A stretch of DNA of 64,000 nt from Eledone cirrhosa. Its lineage: Eukaryota. Location of the stretch: positions 65,720,001 to 65,784,000 of the forward strand of contig OZ024742.1 of the NCBI GenBank assembly GCA_964016885.1, in the 5' to 3' direction. The notes under the pieces are model-generated. The model saw only the letters and a list, made by a program, of their open reading frames with translations. It made no database searches and was not told where the DNA came from. Both the position numbers and the translations under genes were made by a program. Positions 42,916 to 58,100 of the stretch are shown here, in pieces. Each line of letters starts with the position of its first letter. Positions within the stretch are counted from its first letter, which is position 1.

Positions 42916-44119
42916 CAGTGTGTCCCCCAAAATATATACACACTTCAACAGCAGATAACTCAAATCCGCTTTTTTACTTTTCAGATTTTACCCATCAGAA
43001 TTGATAATGGCTTCAAGACTTATCTACGAACAAAGGAACTTCATCCTAAAATGCTACTGGAAGTATGAAACCACAGTTGAAGTCCAAGGGTAGTGTAGAA
43101 GAGAGTTTCAGTCAGACCCACCAACGTGGCTAGCCATCTCTCGAATCAGTAAGTTTGAATTTGATAGAACTGTACATGATATACACACGAACCGTTCTGG
43201 TAGACCACGGACATAAACACGCCATAGAAAAGAAGAAAGGGTACTGGAAAGTTTTCACAGAAATCCCAGAAAATATTTGCGGCAAGGAAGCCGTGACGCA
43301 AGGATTTTAAAAATATCCATCCATCGCATTTAAAGTGTTGCAATTGGAAAAGTTATATCCCTACATTAGTCCATGTTGTCAATGAAAATGATCCAGACAG
43401 AAGAATAGAGTATGGCGAATGGTATATGGCAACATGCTTAGAAGATACACACTTTCCGACAATGTGGTGTGGTGGCATGAGGCTACATTTAAATTAAATG
43501 GTTGAATTAACCGTCACACCTGCACATACTGGAGGCCTGAAAATTCACATGTTACAGTGGAACATGAAGTTAATTTACCAGGAGTTACAGTGTGGTGTGG
43601 CATTACATCAAGAGGATTAATTGGACCATTCTTTTTTTGATGCTTCAGTGACTGGTCTCGTTTACTTGAACATTCTGCAACAGTCTGTCATGCCAAGCAT
43701 TAGAGACGTCTTTGAACATGAGGAATTTTATTTTCAGCAAGATGGGGCGCCACTACACTACCATTGTTATGTACGATCCTACATTAATGGGAACAGGTGG
43801 ATTGGAAGAAGTGGCTTTGTAGAATAACCTCCTCATTCACCAAACCCCACCTCTTTAGACTTCATCTTATGGGGATACTTAAAAGATAAAGTATATGCTA
43901 CCAAACCAACAACAATCGTTGAACTGAGAGTTGACATTGAACGAGAAGGCACTCAAATACCTAATACAATGTCTTTTGGTGCTAATAATTCCATTACCTC
44001 CCGCTATCACCTATGTCTGGACCAGAAAGGATATCAATTTGGGCAAGGCTATACACATTCTAATAAAAAAGGTCTGTACAAGTAATCAAATTGGGCATGC
44101 ATTTTTTGGGGACATTCTG
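42916..44119 (+). mobile_element. Tc1/mariner (DD37D/maT-like) DNA transposon with pseudogenised transposase
   Basis: TIRs cagtgtgtccccc...ggggacattctg with TA flanks; ATG at 43007; motifs [15 protein letters not shown] and PLDFILWGYLKDKVY; stops and frameshifts. Confidence 0.9.
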
Positions 44120-44417
44120 TATATATATGTAATAAATATATATTATACATACAATGTATATATATATAATATATACTATATATAAAATATAAAACATATA
44201 TAATATTTATATAACATATAATATATTTATAACACATATATAATATATATATTAATGTATATATATATATATATAGCTATATACACATATATGCATATGC
44301 ACATATATATATACATAACCTCAGACACAGACACACAAGGCACACACACACAAGGCACACACACACACTTACACACACACACAGACACAGACACACAAGG
44401 TACACACACTCACACTT

Positions 44418-44454
<37 letters not shown>

Positions 44455-44519
44455 CGCATATCGATATATGATTTTGATACAGAAACTGAGGAAAGAGTAA
44501 ATTAGATTTGAGTTCATTG

Positions 44520-44870
44520 TCTACAGAAATACCAGCATTCATCGTGAAATGATTTAATTATTTACTCAAAGTAATCTGGCCAATCAGGTCAGCATATCAT
44601 TTTCCGCAAGGATACCGACAGTATCGAAAGCCTTGTTTAAATCAATGATGTATCTGTTTTGGTGATTGCACTTCTCTTGCATGTCTCTTGCTATACAAAT
44701 CATACAGATTGTTTCTCTATCAGAACGGAAACTATACTGGGATTCCGGAAGGATATTACCTAAGAGAACATTTTTCAGGTGGCTAAGATAAATACTTGCC
44801 AGAACCCTCCCAACAGCTGATAATATTTACGGTTGCTTTCCTTATTCTGGCTCTTTAACGGAGAAAGTAT
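44520..44870 (-). pseudogene. RTE-like LINE RT fragment
   Basis: Minus strand LPESQYSFRSDR...MQEKC...IDLNKAFDTV. Confidence 0.7.
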
Positions 44871-45489
44871 ATTTTCAACTTTCCGTTCATTCAGAATAGT
44901 AGTATCTTCCCAGACTACACGACTGTTCTTTGATATTTTTTATTATATGACATTCACCAAAGCAGAAGATGACAGTGGATTTTCTATCTTTACTAGAAAC
45001 ATTACTAAGATTCAGGCTGGTTATTATTATTCCTACTACATATAATAAAAGTGAAATATTCAAGGAAGTCTCAAGAGATCTTTGGTCAATAGCGTCAATT
45101 TCTATAAAATCCAAATGAGACTCAAGCTTTACGGTACGACAAATATTCAGTCAAGCATTTTACAATCTCTGTTGTATCATGAATATATAAGAGACATCAT
45201 TAGAAACAAAGGATTAGGTGCTGAACATTTACGCATTATATAGACACTTGGACATATGCACACCTACATGCGTCAACTTGTTTCACTGCACATCCACACA
45301 TATATACACAGCTGCACTCAAACTTGTATACTTATACGCCAACTCAGATATTTATTATAAATATTCTACCCCCTTTTTGAACTACTAAGCTCATGAGATC
45401 AGAACCCAATAATAGATTTATACATTCATACAGACATGTATGTATGAAATATATATCCACACACACATATATATCTATATATAAATATA

Positions 45490-45655
45490 CAAGGCACATG
45501 GCTTAGTGGTTGGAACGTTGAGCTCACAATCTTAGGGTTGTGGGTTCGCATCCAGGACCGGGCAGTGCGTTGTAGTCTTGAGCAAAAAATTTTATTTGCC
45601 GTTGCTCCAGTTCACTCAGGGGCTTGTGCCTCGGAGTAACTTTCTAGGTGAAAAT
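45490..45655 (+). mobile_element. SINE family B
   Basis: ggcacatggcttagtggttgg...gggttcgcatcc...cttgagcaa. Confidence 0.65.
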
Positions 45656-46489
45656 CTACACACACACACACACACATATACATATACATATATATGTATA
45701 AATGCATGAATACATAAACGCAAATATGTGTATGTGTATATATGTTTAGATATATATATTACCTCACCCTTTTGTATATATACAGTTATGTTAGCAAAAG
45801 GTTCCTATTTAAAAGTGTATGGCTTGATTTGAAGGGAATTTGGCAGATCAAGGGAGCAAGAAGAAGCTCTGAAATGGAACACCGAGACTATTAGATATAA
45901 ACTGAATTTACCTTTGATATTATTGTTGAGTTGTGATACAAAAGGCAAGCAAAACGATAATGTAGTCTTATAGAACCTTGCCCACCCCCACTCACTGATG
46001 GAAGAACAGACAAACACAGACATACACATACACTTACACACGTGCATCTACATATACCCAATATTGTACTAACACTGATAGACCTTTTACGGCTGATTTC
46101 GCAAATGTATATTACAATGACTACCTAATACATATGTCTTGGTCTGTCGTGGGCCACCCAGAAACGTGTCGTTATTGTAACCATATTTCTAGACTATGTT
46201 GCCACATGTGTCTAATCAAAATAAGTTTACGAATCTCAGGCAAACCTGATCTTAAATATCTATCAAACCACTATAAGATTCCTTTTATACTTGACTTAAC
46301 ATGTTACTGAAATATCTTTTAACCATTTCGGTTATCGTTCCCATCCTCCTTTTTATCATTCCATATATCTTCTTCTTCTAGTTCCGTAACCCCCGATGGA
46401 GTCGTAGGGGCGCCCCTAATGACATACGGCGTTTCTTACACTCTTTCAACCTCGCGGAGCCCATCCCCTCTTCAGGTTTGGGTACAGCA

Positions 46490-46715
46490 GATTTCTTCCA
46501 GAGAAGGATAGAAAGGGACAGAGAGGAGGCGAGGAAGAGATATAGAGGTAGAATCAACCCCAGTACTACATTGGTACTTTTTTATCCACCTCGAAATGAT
46601 GAAAGGCAGGATTTGTTGGCTTCGGCAGGATTTGAACGCAGAGAGCAGAGCCGGAACGAATACCACAAATACACTCTATCCGACGTTCTAACGACTCTGC
46701 CAATTCGCCACCGTT
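46490..46715 (-). mobile_element. SINE family A
   Basis: Homologous to 5095-5365. Confidence 0.65.
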
Positions 46716-47829
46716 CGTTCCATATATAGATTTCTCAAAAAAAAAAAAAATTCTTATCTCAAATATTTTTATTTCCATTTCTGATTAATTTAATGATATA
46801 TGTTTTTCTCCATAGCATCAATTTTCATTTTATTACACCTTACTGAATTTCGTTTCGCATATACTATTGTACTGTTAGCTTCATCCCGCCATACATCATT
46901 GTTGCGTAGGTATTATACGTGTGTCTGTACGTGTGCTTAAGTTTCCTGTATGTGTGTACACACAGACACACACACACGCACACACACACACACATACACA
47001 CACATACACATATACATACATATATATATATATATATATTGTGTGTGTGTATGTGTGTGAGTGTGGGTGGGGGTTATATATGTGAGCTTTTAGATATAAA
47101 TTTCTCTGTGTGTGTATGTAAATGCATATTGTTGTATTTGTGTATGTGTGGATATGTTATCTCCCTACCACCAATTACATATTTGTATGTATTTAGTGAT
47201 AAGAATGTTAGAAAAATCTTTCGATTTTTTCAATTGCCACTTTTCCATATTCCACAAAATATTTAAAACCATGCTACCCCCCCACCACCTGTTTTCCTCT
47301 TACCTTATTTTATCACACAGGGTGTAACAAAACAATGTATAATGGTTTTATTCTGCAACCAATCAAAATATAGAACCACATTTAAATATTTTCATTATTT
47401 TTCTTGTAATTGTCTTGCGTTCGATTATATGTAATGGTTTAATTTGTTCTATCAATCACAATCTCCTAAATATCGGAACCGAGATAATGGGTGTAAATAT
47501 TACTGGAGTTTTCAGCTTCAAATAACTATAAAAGTACTCTATTATACATTATGTACACCCTTTTCTTCGTTTGCAGCTGTTTATGCACACACACGTAACG
47601 CACGCACACGCACACACACACACACACGTACATACAAACACACCATACATACACACATGTATGCAGCTATGCATAAGGCGCAAGTATGTCTGCGCGATGA
47701 AGGAGTTCGCATCGCAACCACATGATTTTAGGTTCAGTTCCACTTCGAGGCATCTTTAGTAAGTGTTCACAGACTCAGGCTGAACAGTGCTATGTTTTTA
47801 AAATTTGGTAGACAGTAACTGTGTGCCAG

Positions 47830-47889
<60 letters not shown>

Positions 47890-49339
47890 AAAAGAAAGAA
47901 AGTGTGGTAAGGAACCAGGTGGACCAGGATCTAGCTGCCGACACATGTGTGTGTATAAGTGTGTGTATGTCTATGTTTACCTCTAAAGAGATATTAAGTT
48001 CTCTGGCTGATAGGAATGGTTAAATGAAGGCAATGCTCCAGCATGGCGGCAGTATAATGACTGCGGACAATAAAAAAAAGAGAAAAGAACAACTCATATC
48101 CAGAAAAGAATTAAATATTCTGACTGGAATATTCTCATAATTGTGACCACAATCATACATATATGCAGAAATATCGGCATAGATACACACGTAGAAATTC
48201 CCACAATTCCACATATAGAAGCAGAACAAATACTCATACGCACGCATATAAACAAATGAATATTCAAACATCATACAACGCTCACTCGTGAAGTTAGAAA
48301 TTCTCACTAACTGACAAAGGTCCACACATACATGAAAGCACCAACACCATATATAAAGACACTAAAAATCACACAAGCGAACATGCAGTTTCAAAAAATT
48401 GCATGTAACAATTTGTGCGCATTTTCACACACACACACACACAAACACACATACTCCCATTCACGCATGCATATCCACATACACATATACATTTACCTAT
48501 ACATAACCTTATGCACAAAAACATATATACGCATACATATTCGCACATACATATTCACGTACAAATACGAAGATTCACATTCTATTTACGCAAAAATTAA
48601 CACACTGAATAAACGCACGCGTATTTACATATGCATATACAAAGCTACACATATACGTATGCTTACACGCAGAAACATATTCAAATACACGTATGCACAT
48701 ACATAGATAGTCATTACTACAGACAAATCTTTACATATATGCACGACTGCACAAACACACTTGCATCTCCCAACACATACACATAGGCACACATCGTCTT
48801 CACACAAGGACTACTTTAGTAAATTTTCTGCCGTTGTTCTAAGATAATTTGATAAATTTACAAAATGGAGGCCATTAAAATGGCGGCTTTTTAATTTTAT
48901 CAAATTTTCTGTTGAACAGGCTACATATAATTTTGATTGATTATTTCATCTGTTAACATTTATACACACAGATGCACACATGCACACATACACACAGGTA
49001 CACACCCATACACCCCCATACCGCTCTGTCCTTCTTGGGTCTTTCTCTGCCTCTCTTTAAATATCTGTCTTTTTTCTTACAATGTCTGCAAGTCTCGCTT
49101 TTGTTTCGTGTTTCCTGCCACGTTCAATGTCTGGTTTTGTCTTGTCCTCTCTCTCTTCCCCCTTTTCCCTATCTGTTGCTGTTTATCTTATCTTTTTCTT
49201 TGTCATTTTGCTTTCAAGAAAGAGAGAGAGAGAGCTAGAGATAGAGACAGAGAAAGAGAGAGAGGGGGGGGGGGCAAAGAGAGAGAGAGAAGGAGAGAGA
49301 GAAAAGATAGAGAGATAGAGTGAGCGAGAGATAGAGATT

Positions 49340-49370
<31 letters not shown>

Positions 49371-50426
49371 TGAGAGAGAGAGTGAGAGAGAGAGAAAGAG
49401 AGAGAGATCGACAGCTGTTTCCTTTTCTCACTCTTCTTGATTGTAATTCTAATTTTTTTTTATTATTCATCGTTCTCATTCTATATATTTCTTATTTTCA
49501 CTCCAATTCATTCTCTCTTCTTTCTCCATGTTCGTCTTTTTTTCATTTCACACTGTCTGCTATTGTTTGTACTCACTAATACAAAAACACATTTTCGCGA
49601 ATTCTTTGTCACTCACATATTCACTGATAGATGATTAGACATAATGAGACAGTATGTGTCTGTGTCTGTGGCTGAATGTAAAAAAAACCCAGCAAAATTA
49701 ATCACAACAGCAAATTACATGTAGACATGAAAAAGTTTCTATTTAACGGATGACATACTACAGCACATCATGTAGCAACATTTATTAAGTCTCTGTACCC
49801 TAACTTATCTTTTTGTCGTCACCTCGCCGAAGTAGATCAATCTTGGGAATTTCTGCGTGATCATTCAGCCTGTTAGAAATGGCAACCAAATCTTTTCGAA
49901 AGTATCGACTACCAACATGGGAGAAGAAGTGACAAATAGGGTAAGACTGTTCTATATACTCCTAAAAAAACGAGATGCTGATAGTTGGAACGGCTTTCAT
50001 CAGAGTTAATATGAGGCTAAGGTAAAATAATAACCCAACCTTATGATCATATCCATCAGATATCTACGTTAGCCATTAAAAGAAAATTCTTATTCTCTGC
50101 CATTCGATCTCTTTTCTTCTAATTCCTTCTTTTCCCTCGCTTTAATGTTATTTAATTTCAACGTTCAAACCATTCTTTCACATCATCTTTATCTCCCTTT
50201 TTCGTCCCCTCAACCCACTTCGGTTCCTATTACGCGTTCCCCAGTTTGAAATATTCGTGAAATAACTGCGAAGGTATTTTGAAGAAAGCCTCTTTTTTCT
50301 TACTTTCCTCTTTGCTTCTTTAAATATTTCTCCTTTCATATAATTTCAACCCTCTTATACATGTACACACACACATAGAGACACACAAACACGCACACAC
50401 GCGCATATACATACACACACGCACAG

Positions 50427-50547
<121 letters not shown>

Positions 50548-51190
50548 ACACACACACAAACATAGTTCCCACCCCACCCAGTTCACAACTTCACAACGGC
50601 AAACATTATCCTTATCAACCATTGTAACCTCAGAAGAACCGACGTGGCTGATGGCGAGGCGAGTTTCCCAAATTTTCAAACTTAAACGTCTTTGGCTCGA
50701 AGCCGCCAAACAAAGAAACGAATGTGTAATAGGAGAGAAGACTATCTGACAAAATTCATCAAAGTGTCACGAAGACCAGCTCTTGCAGAATTAATGGAAT
50801 CAAAGAAACCATAATGATTCACAAACATTTTGTGTTCGCTTTATCATAAACGCGGTCCGCTTACACATTTCAAAATGGCTACCCTCAAATATTATCGTTA
50901 GACGGAGAAGGTCAAAATGACATAAATGTCGTTAGCTTTATCGATTTTTTTTTCATTCGACTTCTAATACACTACGGTCTTGGTAACGGCATTCTGTCTA
51001 CGTTGAAGTCATATACAGACACAATGATAGACATAGGAGCAAACACATTGAAGCAAAGATGCATATGTACAGCGCCCACATCTCCCCAAATATATATATA
51101 TATATATATATACAAATATAAATATTTATCACATGAATATATATGTATACATATAATAAATATATACATATATATATAAATATATACATA

Positions 51191-51350
<160 letters not shown>

Positions 51351-51379
51351 TATACACATAATATATCTAGGACGGGTAA

Positions 51380-52460
51380 AATCCTCGAGATCCATGGACG
51401 AGTTCTTTCCAGCGGTTTCTGTCCTTCATCATCACCGCCATGTCCTGCGTCTCCCATAGACCAATGTCTATCCTTAGGACATCAATATATACCAACCTCT
51501 GTCTCCCTCTTATAGGTGTCTGTGTAGGGACTCCCACAGGACCACTGAGTGCAGTGTCAACTCTGAATGTCGGTGAGCATGTCCAGCTAACCTCAGTCTC
51601 CTCTGTTTACTTTCGAGCTGACCTTTAGGAGGCTCCCGACAGCTCTGAGTTCTTCATTCTCAGTGTATACTCATTAGTATTCAGAGCCATCCTCAGCATT
51701 CTCGTGTAGCATCCATCCACCATCTGAGTGAGTCTCTTGGTCAGTCTCCAAATCTCAAACCCGTACAGCAGCACATACTCCACTGTAGCAATGAAGTGTC
51801 GGATCTTCAGGTCTTAACGAAGGTCCGACTTCCACACCGATCTCAAACTGCGGCACGCCGCCCAGGCTTTGCTCGTCCTCTCAACCACATCATTCTCTGT
51901 GTACCTAATCTTTGCTCCTAGATACATGAAGTCCTCAACCAACTCTAGCGGTTTCCCACCGACATTCATAATCTTCTTTGGCTTCTTTATTTTCTCTACC
52001 AGATACTTCGTCTTACTTCCATTCATTCTCAGCCCCACACTCATCGACACAGTCTCCACCTCCTGCATCAACTCCTCTGCCTCTGTGTTTGTCACAAGAA
52101 CTATATTGTCAGCAATTTCAGCATCTGATATCTTTTTAGCCTTAACTCTCCTCCTCTGAGCCAGTGCTACAGTAAAGTCAGAGTGCTGGTGTTTCTCCAG
52201 CGTAAGGCGCATACAATAGTCCACTGTAATGATAACAATGTAGATAGACAATGTATCTCCCTGGAGCACACCAGACAGTATCTCAAATAACTACATCATC
52301 CCATCAGGCGTAATGACTTGGGATCTGGTGTTGGTGTTGAGCAGTGATATCACGTCCACTATCATCTTGGTGATTCCATAAGCCAGAAAGATCTTCATCA
52401 GGTGACGGTCCACAGAATCAAAGGCCTTCCTAAAGTCAATGAAAGCCATGACACCAGAAA
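51380..52460 (-). pseudogene. RTE/RTEX-like LINE RT 3' fragment
   Basis: FIDFRKAFDSV, GVLQGDTLS, IADNIVL, VEDFMYLG, followed by typical C-terminal remnants. Confidence 0.85.
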
Positions 52461-53245
52461 GGCTCATATAATATAGACACACACACACACACTCACACAC
52501 ACAGACACACATATATATATACGGCTTGAAAGAAATCTTGCAGTCCCAGTCAATGATGATATAAAATAAATTAATGGAATTACATATAAAAATGAAAATG
52601 TAATGAAATTAAAACAATAAATAAGAATGCATAATATAAGCTAAAATACCATAAAAGTTGGAGACAGTTGATCGTCATATCGGACCAAGTAAACAATGTT
52701 TCCATTGGTCCTTCCCTTCCACTGCTGATACCATCCGTTGTTGGCAACTTCCGGTGGGAAGAAAAATGTGAAATAAAGTATTTTTCTCAAGAACCTAAAG
52801 CAGTTTCTGGTTCAGGAATCGAATGTACAAATTTATGATTGTAAGAACACCCTAACTACTAGACCACGTGTTTTCAATAGAATGATATAAGGTATCAAAA
52901 CTGTAATGATATGAGTGTTCTATTTAATAAATTTATAGATAGACGATTAAAACAAAACTCAATTACAAATAATATACTTTTGTAATTTGTGATCTCAAAC
53001 TTTGAAACGATTTAGAATTTCGTTGATAAGGAATAGTAAATGTTATGAGGATTGAATGACTGTTAGGGAAACGAATGCGTATGTAAGCCCAAACTCTCAC
53101 ACGATGGACCAAGCAATTGATATCATTTGTTGCTTTATGAAATGTCACATCCATTCATACCTGTACAATATTAAATACATAGCTGAGGCAGTTCCAATTT
53201 CAGGATCTACCGAAGACACTATTATACGCACTCAAGCAGACGCAT

Positions 53246-53358
<113 letters not shown>

Positions 53359-53369
53359 TGTATGTATAT

Positions 53370-53602
53370 TATAAAATAACAGGAGGCTGGACTGGTGTAA
53401 TTCCTTAAAGGTTTATTATACTATGAACATTTCAATGACCGGGTTCAGTATGAATCCGGTGACATCATCAGGTATACGAAATTTAACAAAGGAATACCTA
53501 ATGATGTCACCGGATTCATACTGAACCCGGTCATTGAAATATTCATAGTATAATAAACCTTTAAGGAATTACACCAGTCCAGCCTCCTGTTATTTTATAA
53601 TA
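53370..53602. repeat. Fold-back module, about 105-bp arms (H7)
   Basis: 53370-53475 mirrored at 53494-53602. Confidence 0.85.
53418..53475 (-). ncRNA. Type I hammerhead (H7)
   Basis: atac-CTGATGA-tgtcaccgg...ccggtcatt-GAAA-tgttca-TA-gtat; the right-arm copy has CTAATGA (G5A). Confidence 0.72.
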
Positions 53603-53754
53603 ATTAACTCCGTACTCGCACCAGCAACAACACAAACGAAGACGTGTGAGTTGCATTACATCGAATGCTCTCCCTATATAATATTACATCAAGGCTGACT
53701 ATAGGGAATGACCAGTTCTATCCAGTGGTGAACCAACAAACCTAAATGTATATG

Positions 53755-53866
<112 letters not shown>

Positions 53867-54163
53867 AAAGTATGTCCATAGAATCATTTGATAAAATATA
53901 TACACCATTTCTTCTCCCAATCAGCATAATCAACCACACAAAAAACCAATTAAACCAGGCTATAAGATTAAAAGACACATATGAAGAAATAATAGATAAA
54001 TAAACGACAGCTATTTATTCGCGATCAACAGCTATAGAATATTTATCCAGTATTTCTTATAGCACGTGGAAATCAATTAAATATATCGTCAACCATACAC
54101 AATTAAGTATAAAATCAAAGTTAGAAGAAAAAATGTATATAAACATACCAAAAGTTATGTATG

Positions 54164-54237
<74 letters not shown>

Positions 54238-54819
54238 CATACATACATACCTATATAGATACATACATACGCACACACACACACAAACCTACACACAACC
54301 GTACACTTGTCTACATACCCTAGCAAATATTAAAAGTTAAATACTGCATACCAAAATCTAAAAATACAGTTAACATGATCGTAGTCACACACATACCTAG
54401 ACTCTTGAACCTATTAAATACTCATGTTCCTGTTTATCGGAGACACTCTAAAATCTTCAGAAATTCTTACACTGTAAGCTATAGACAATGTCGAATAAAA
54501 ATACTCAATCATAATAAATTATTCAGATGTAATATACAGCCACCCCAAAATGGGTGAAACCGAAGAAATTCAACCAACTGATTGGGCTGCTGTATATAGA
54601 AAATATTTTCGACAACGACCAAACAGAAAAAAGACATTTTCGTTTTGGGTATTAAACATACATACGCATCATTTTCTTTATCGAAAAGCTTTTTGATGTT
54701 TGTATTAACTATATACGTTCCGATATAGAGAAACGCAATTCACGTATCTCTCAAAGCCGAGTACACAAGTGTACGGTTGTGTGTAGGTTTGTGTGTGTGT
54801 GTGCGTATGTATGTATCTA

Positions 54820-54925
<106 letters not shown>

Positions 54926-55993
54926 CATACATAACTTTGGTATGAAAGATGGATGAATAGAAAAATCGTAAAATCAGGTGGATCATTGACGTGAAATCAG
55001 AGAAATAGAATGTGTGGTGAAGTAAATTTATGTATATCTAAAGAGCGTAAGTTACAACATTTATGGAGAACAACCTAAACAAAAATTTAAAAATATCCCA
55101 AATGTTCAAGCTAGAAACTTTCAAATATATTTCTATACCGGACATCTTTCACCCTTAGTCCTGCTAGTGAACAGCTTCCTTTTCATTCTTTCCGCCCCAA
55201 CTTTATACATTTAAAATAAATATTATATCACCTAATAAATGAATTTATTCAAAAGCAAAAAACAAACCTTATTTAGAAAAGGGGGAAACAAACAAATAGA
55301 AAAGGGGGAAACAAAAGAAAAGAAAGAATGAGGAAATATAGAAAAGAAAGAAGGAAAGAAGCAAAAGAACTGGTAAGGGAGGGGATGGAAAGAGCTCTGG
55401 TGTCGCAGAAGAGAGAAGGGGGAGGGTGATTGGGTTTGGGCCTAGGGAAAGGGAGCAGGAGTGCTGTGCTCCGCGGACAAGATGACAAAGGCATACCCCC
55501 GGATGATGGCAATGACACCACTGCAACATCCACCAAACGGGGCTCCCTCCTCAGATGGGCCGCCTACGCTCCGATCTTGCGGAGGAGCTCGGCAGTATGG
55601 GGTCCAAGTAGACCTGAGGTCTCGACGGTGATAGGTGCGAAGAGGGAGCGGCTGGATAAACCCGAGTAGAAACCGACATTTCTGACATTTACACCCATGT
55701 CCTTGCAACATATTAGTATTTCCAATTCTCAATTTAATCATCTTCATTACTCTTCGCCGTATATTTTACCTTTACTTCTCGATTATTTCGTATCCCCTCG
55801 TTACTCCTTCACGCACCCATCTCTCGGTCAGTTCTCTCTCTTATTCTGCCTTCTCTCATTACCGTTCATCTTTCTCTCACTACATAATATAAATTTAACT
55901 CAGGACCAAGAATTAGTCTTGCATAAGTACATTTATGTTGCTATTTGTCATTTAACAATCCTAACTTTAGGTATATATATATGTATATGTATA

Positions 55994-56065
<72 letters not shown>

Positions 56066-56081
56066 TATATATATATATATA

Positions 56082-56415
56082 TAAAAGGAATTCCAACTTT
56101 GTCTGATTTACTCGTTTTATTTACAATCCTTTAAAATTTATAATGGTATTAGAATGAAATAGTATGGTAGAATATTAAATCTTCAGGTTCATAATGTGTG
56201 GTGACAGTCAAGTTTGCAATTTTCAACTGTGAAAATTGCAAACTTGACTATCACCACACATTATGAACCTGAAGATTGCGAAAGCATGAAAGTACTTGTT
56301 CAATTAACACTTAACATTTAATATTCCACCATACTATTTCATTCTAATAGTATTATAAATTTTAGAGGATTGTAAATAAAACGAGTAAATCAGACAAAGT
56401 TGGAATTCCTTTTAT
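56082..56415. repeat. Fold-back module (H8); left arm lacks most of the HHR
   Basis: Inverted arms around 56225-56230; about 45 bp missing from the left arm. Confidence 0.8.
56264..56302 (+). ncRNA. Minimal type I hammerhead (H8)
   Basis: tgaac-CTGAAGA-t tgc gaaa gca t-GAAA-gtac-TT-gttca; palindromic GUAC loop III. Confidence 0.82.
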
Positions 56416-56453
56416 TAATATAATCTTCTATACACAATCATACACACCGTGTA

Positions 56454-56559
<106 letters not shown>

Positions 56560-56574
56560 ATCAATCCTAACTAT

Positions 56575-56646
<72 letters not shown>

Positions 56647-56691
56647 GATATTAAATAAATGGAAACTATATTTATAAAACCATATTTATTT

Positions 56692-56750
56692 CATTATATA
56701 TATTTCAGGGATATCATATTAACAATATGCTATGCCTTCCTCAGACAAAA
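56692..56750 (-). ncRNA. Possible hammerhead with weak stem I
   Basis: CTGAGGA-aggcata...tatccct-GAAA-tata-TA; its tail is shared with 29700-29765. Confidence 0.4.
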
Positions 56751-57612
56751 TACAATATAAACAGTTTTATAGATAAATAGATTTGACATACCGTACAACA
56801 TCGACTTGTATTTGAAAAGTTGAATTGGCAGTGAAAAAATTGTAAACAGAAAGAAAGAAAGAGAGAAAAAAAGGAAAGAAAGACAGAAAACGAAGAAAAA
56901 GAAGAAAAAGAAGAAATGCATTGAACAAAATAGAGAGATGGAAAGATAGATAAAGAGAAGAACTTCATGTAAAGAAACAGAGAGAGATATATATAGAGAG
57001 AGGAAATAGATAGAGATAGATATATATATAGAAAAATATGTAGTTGGACATCCGTTGAGTAAACGTATCAATGATACATTTATTTATTTATTTATTTATT
57101 TAGCTCTAGTATTAATGTAAGGGAGATATATGTGGTTAGGAGAGAAACCAGCTGTTATATAGAGAGAAAAATGAAAAATAACCAGACATAGGCGAGGCAT
57201 AAAAACCCTATGTTTTAATGTAGAAGTATTAATACGTATAAATATGTATAAAAACCAGGCACTATATTGAAAATATCAGTATTCCTGAATGAGACACGTA
57301 TCCATAATGTGTGAAAAGTAATGATCTTATGTTTAGTTTTAAAAAATTCATATGTTTATATGATAACTACAAACATCGATGTGAATTTACATGATCAACT
57401 CTGCAAACCCTAAGTTCACACGGAAAACATTCTCATTGTGCTATAAAAATTTAAGTATACACATATGTGTATATATATACACATATATATATAGAGTCTA
57501 TATTACTACTATTCTTGTCTTTACTCTACAATATTATCTATCGAGCAGAAATAGAGAGCAGATTTCAATATATTAATAAAAAATATATCAGAAACAAAAA
57601 CCAAAAAACAAC

Positions 57613-57645
<33 letters not shown>

Positions 57646-58100
57646 ATAATAAAATAGAAAACTAAAAAATATTACGAAAAAATATTACATATTAAAAATA
57701 TTACATATTAAAAATAAAAATATTAGAAAATACTACAATAATAAAAATAAACCACAAAGATCAACCCTTCAAAATTAATTGACAATATATTGCCAAGTTC
57801 ATTATAAACATCAGAGTCGAAAACAGATAAAGCTAAAAATTATTTATCAAATCGCATCTAGCAAAAATCATTTCAAAAAGTTTAGGGTGCCCATTTGGTC
57901 TACATGTGTTCTTATAATTAATATAGAAGTTTATCTAGTGTAACGTTTATTCGAAATATTTGGAGCATCAACTTTTAGGGTAGTTTAATTTTTCATGAAG
58001 AATGTTTAAATAAAAATAAAAATAAAAAGAAGAATAAAAAGAAGAAATCGAAAGATTTATCGGCTAGTTTCCCAAATAATTATAAATCAAACTAAATATA

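Noticed and set aside
55612-55690. Possible hammerhead (ctgaggt...cgagta-gaaa)
   Set aside because: Core deviates at A9, and stems I and III could not be paired
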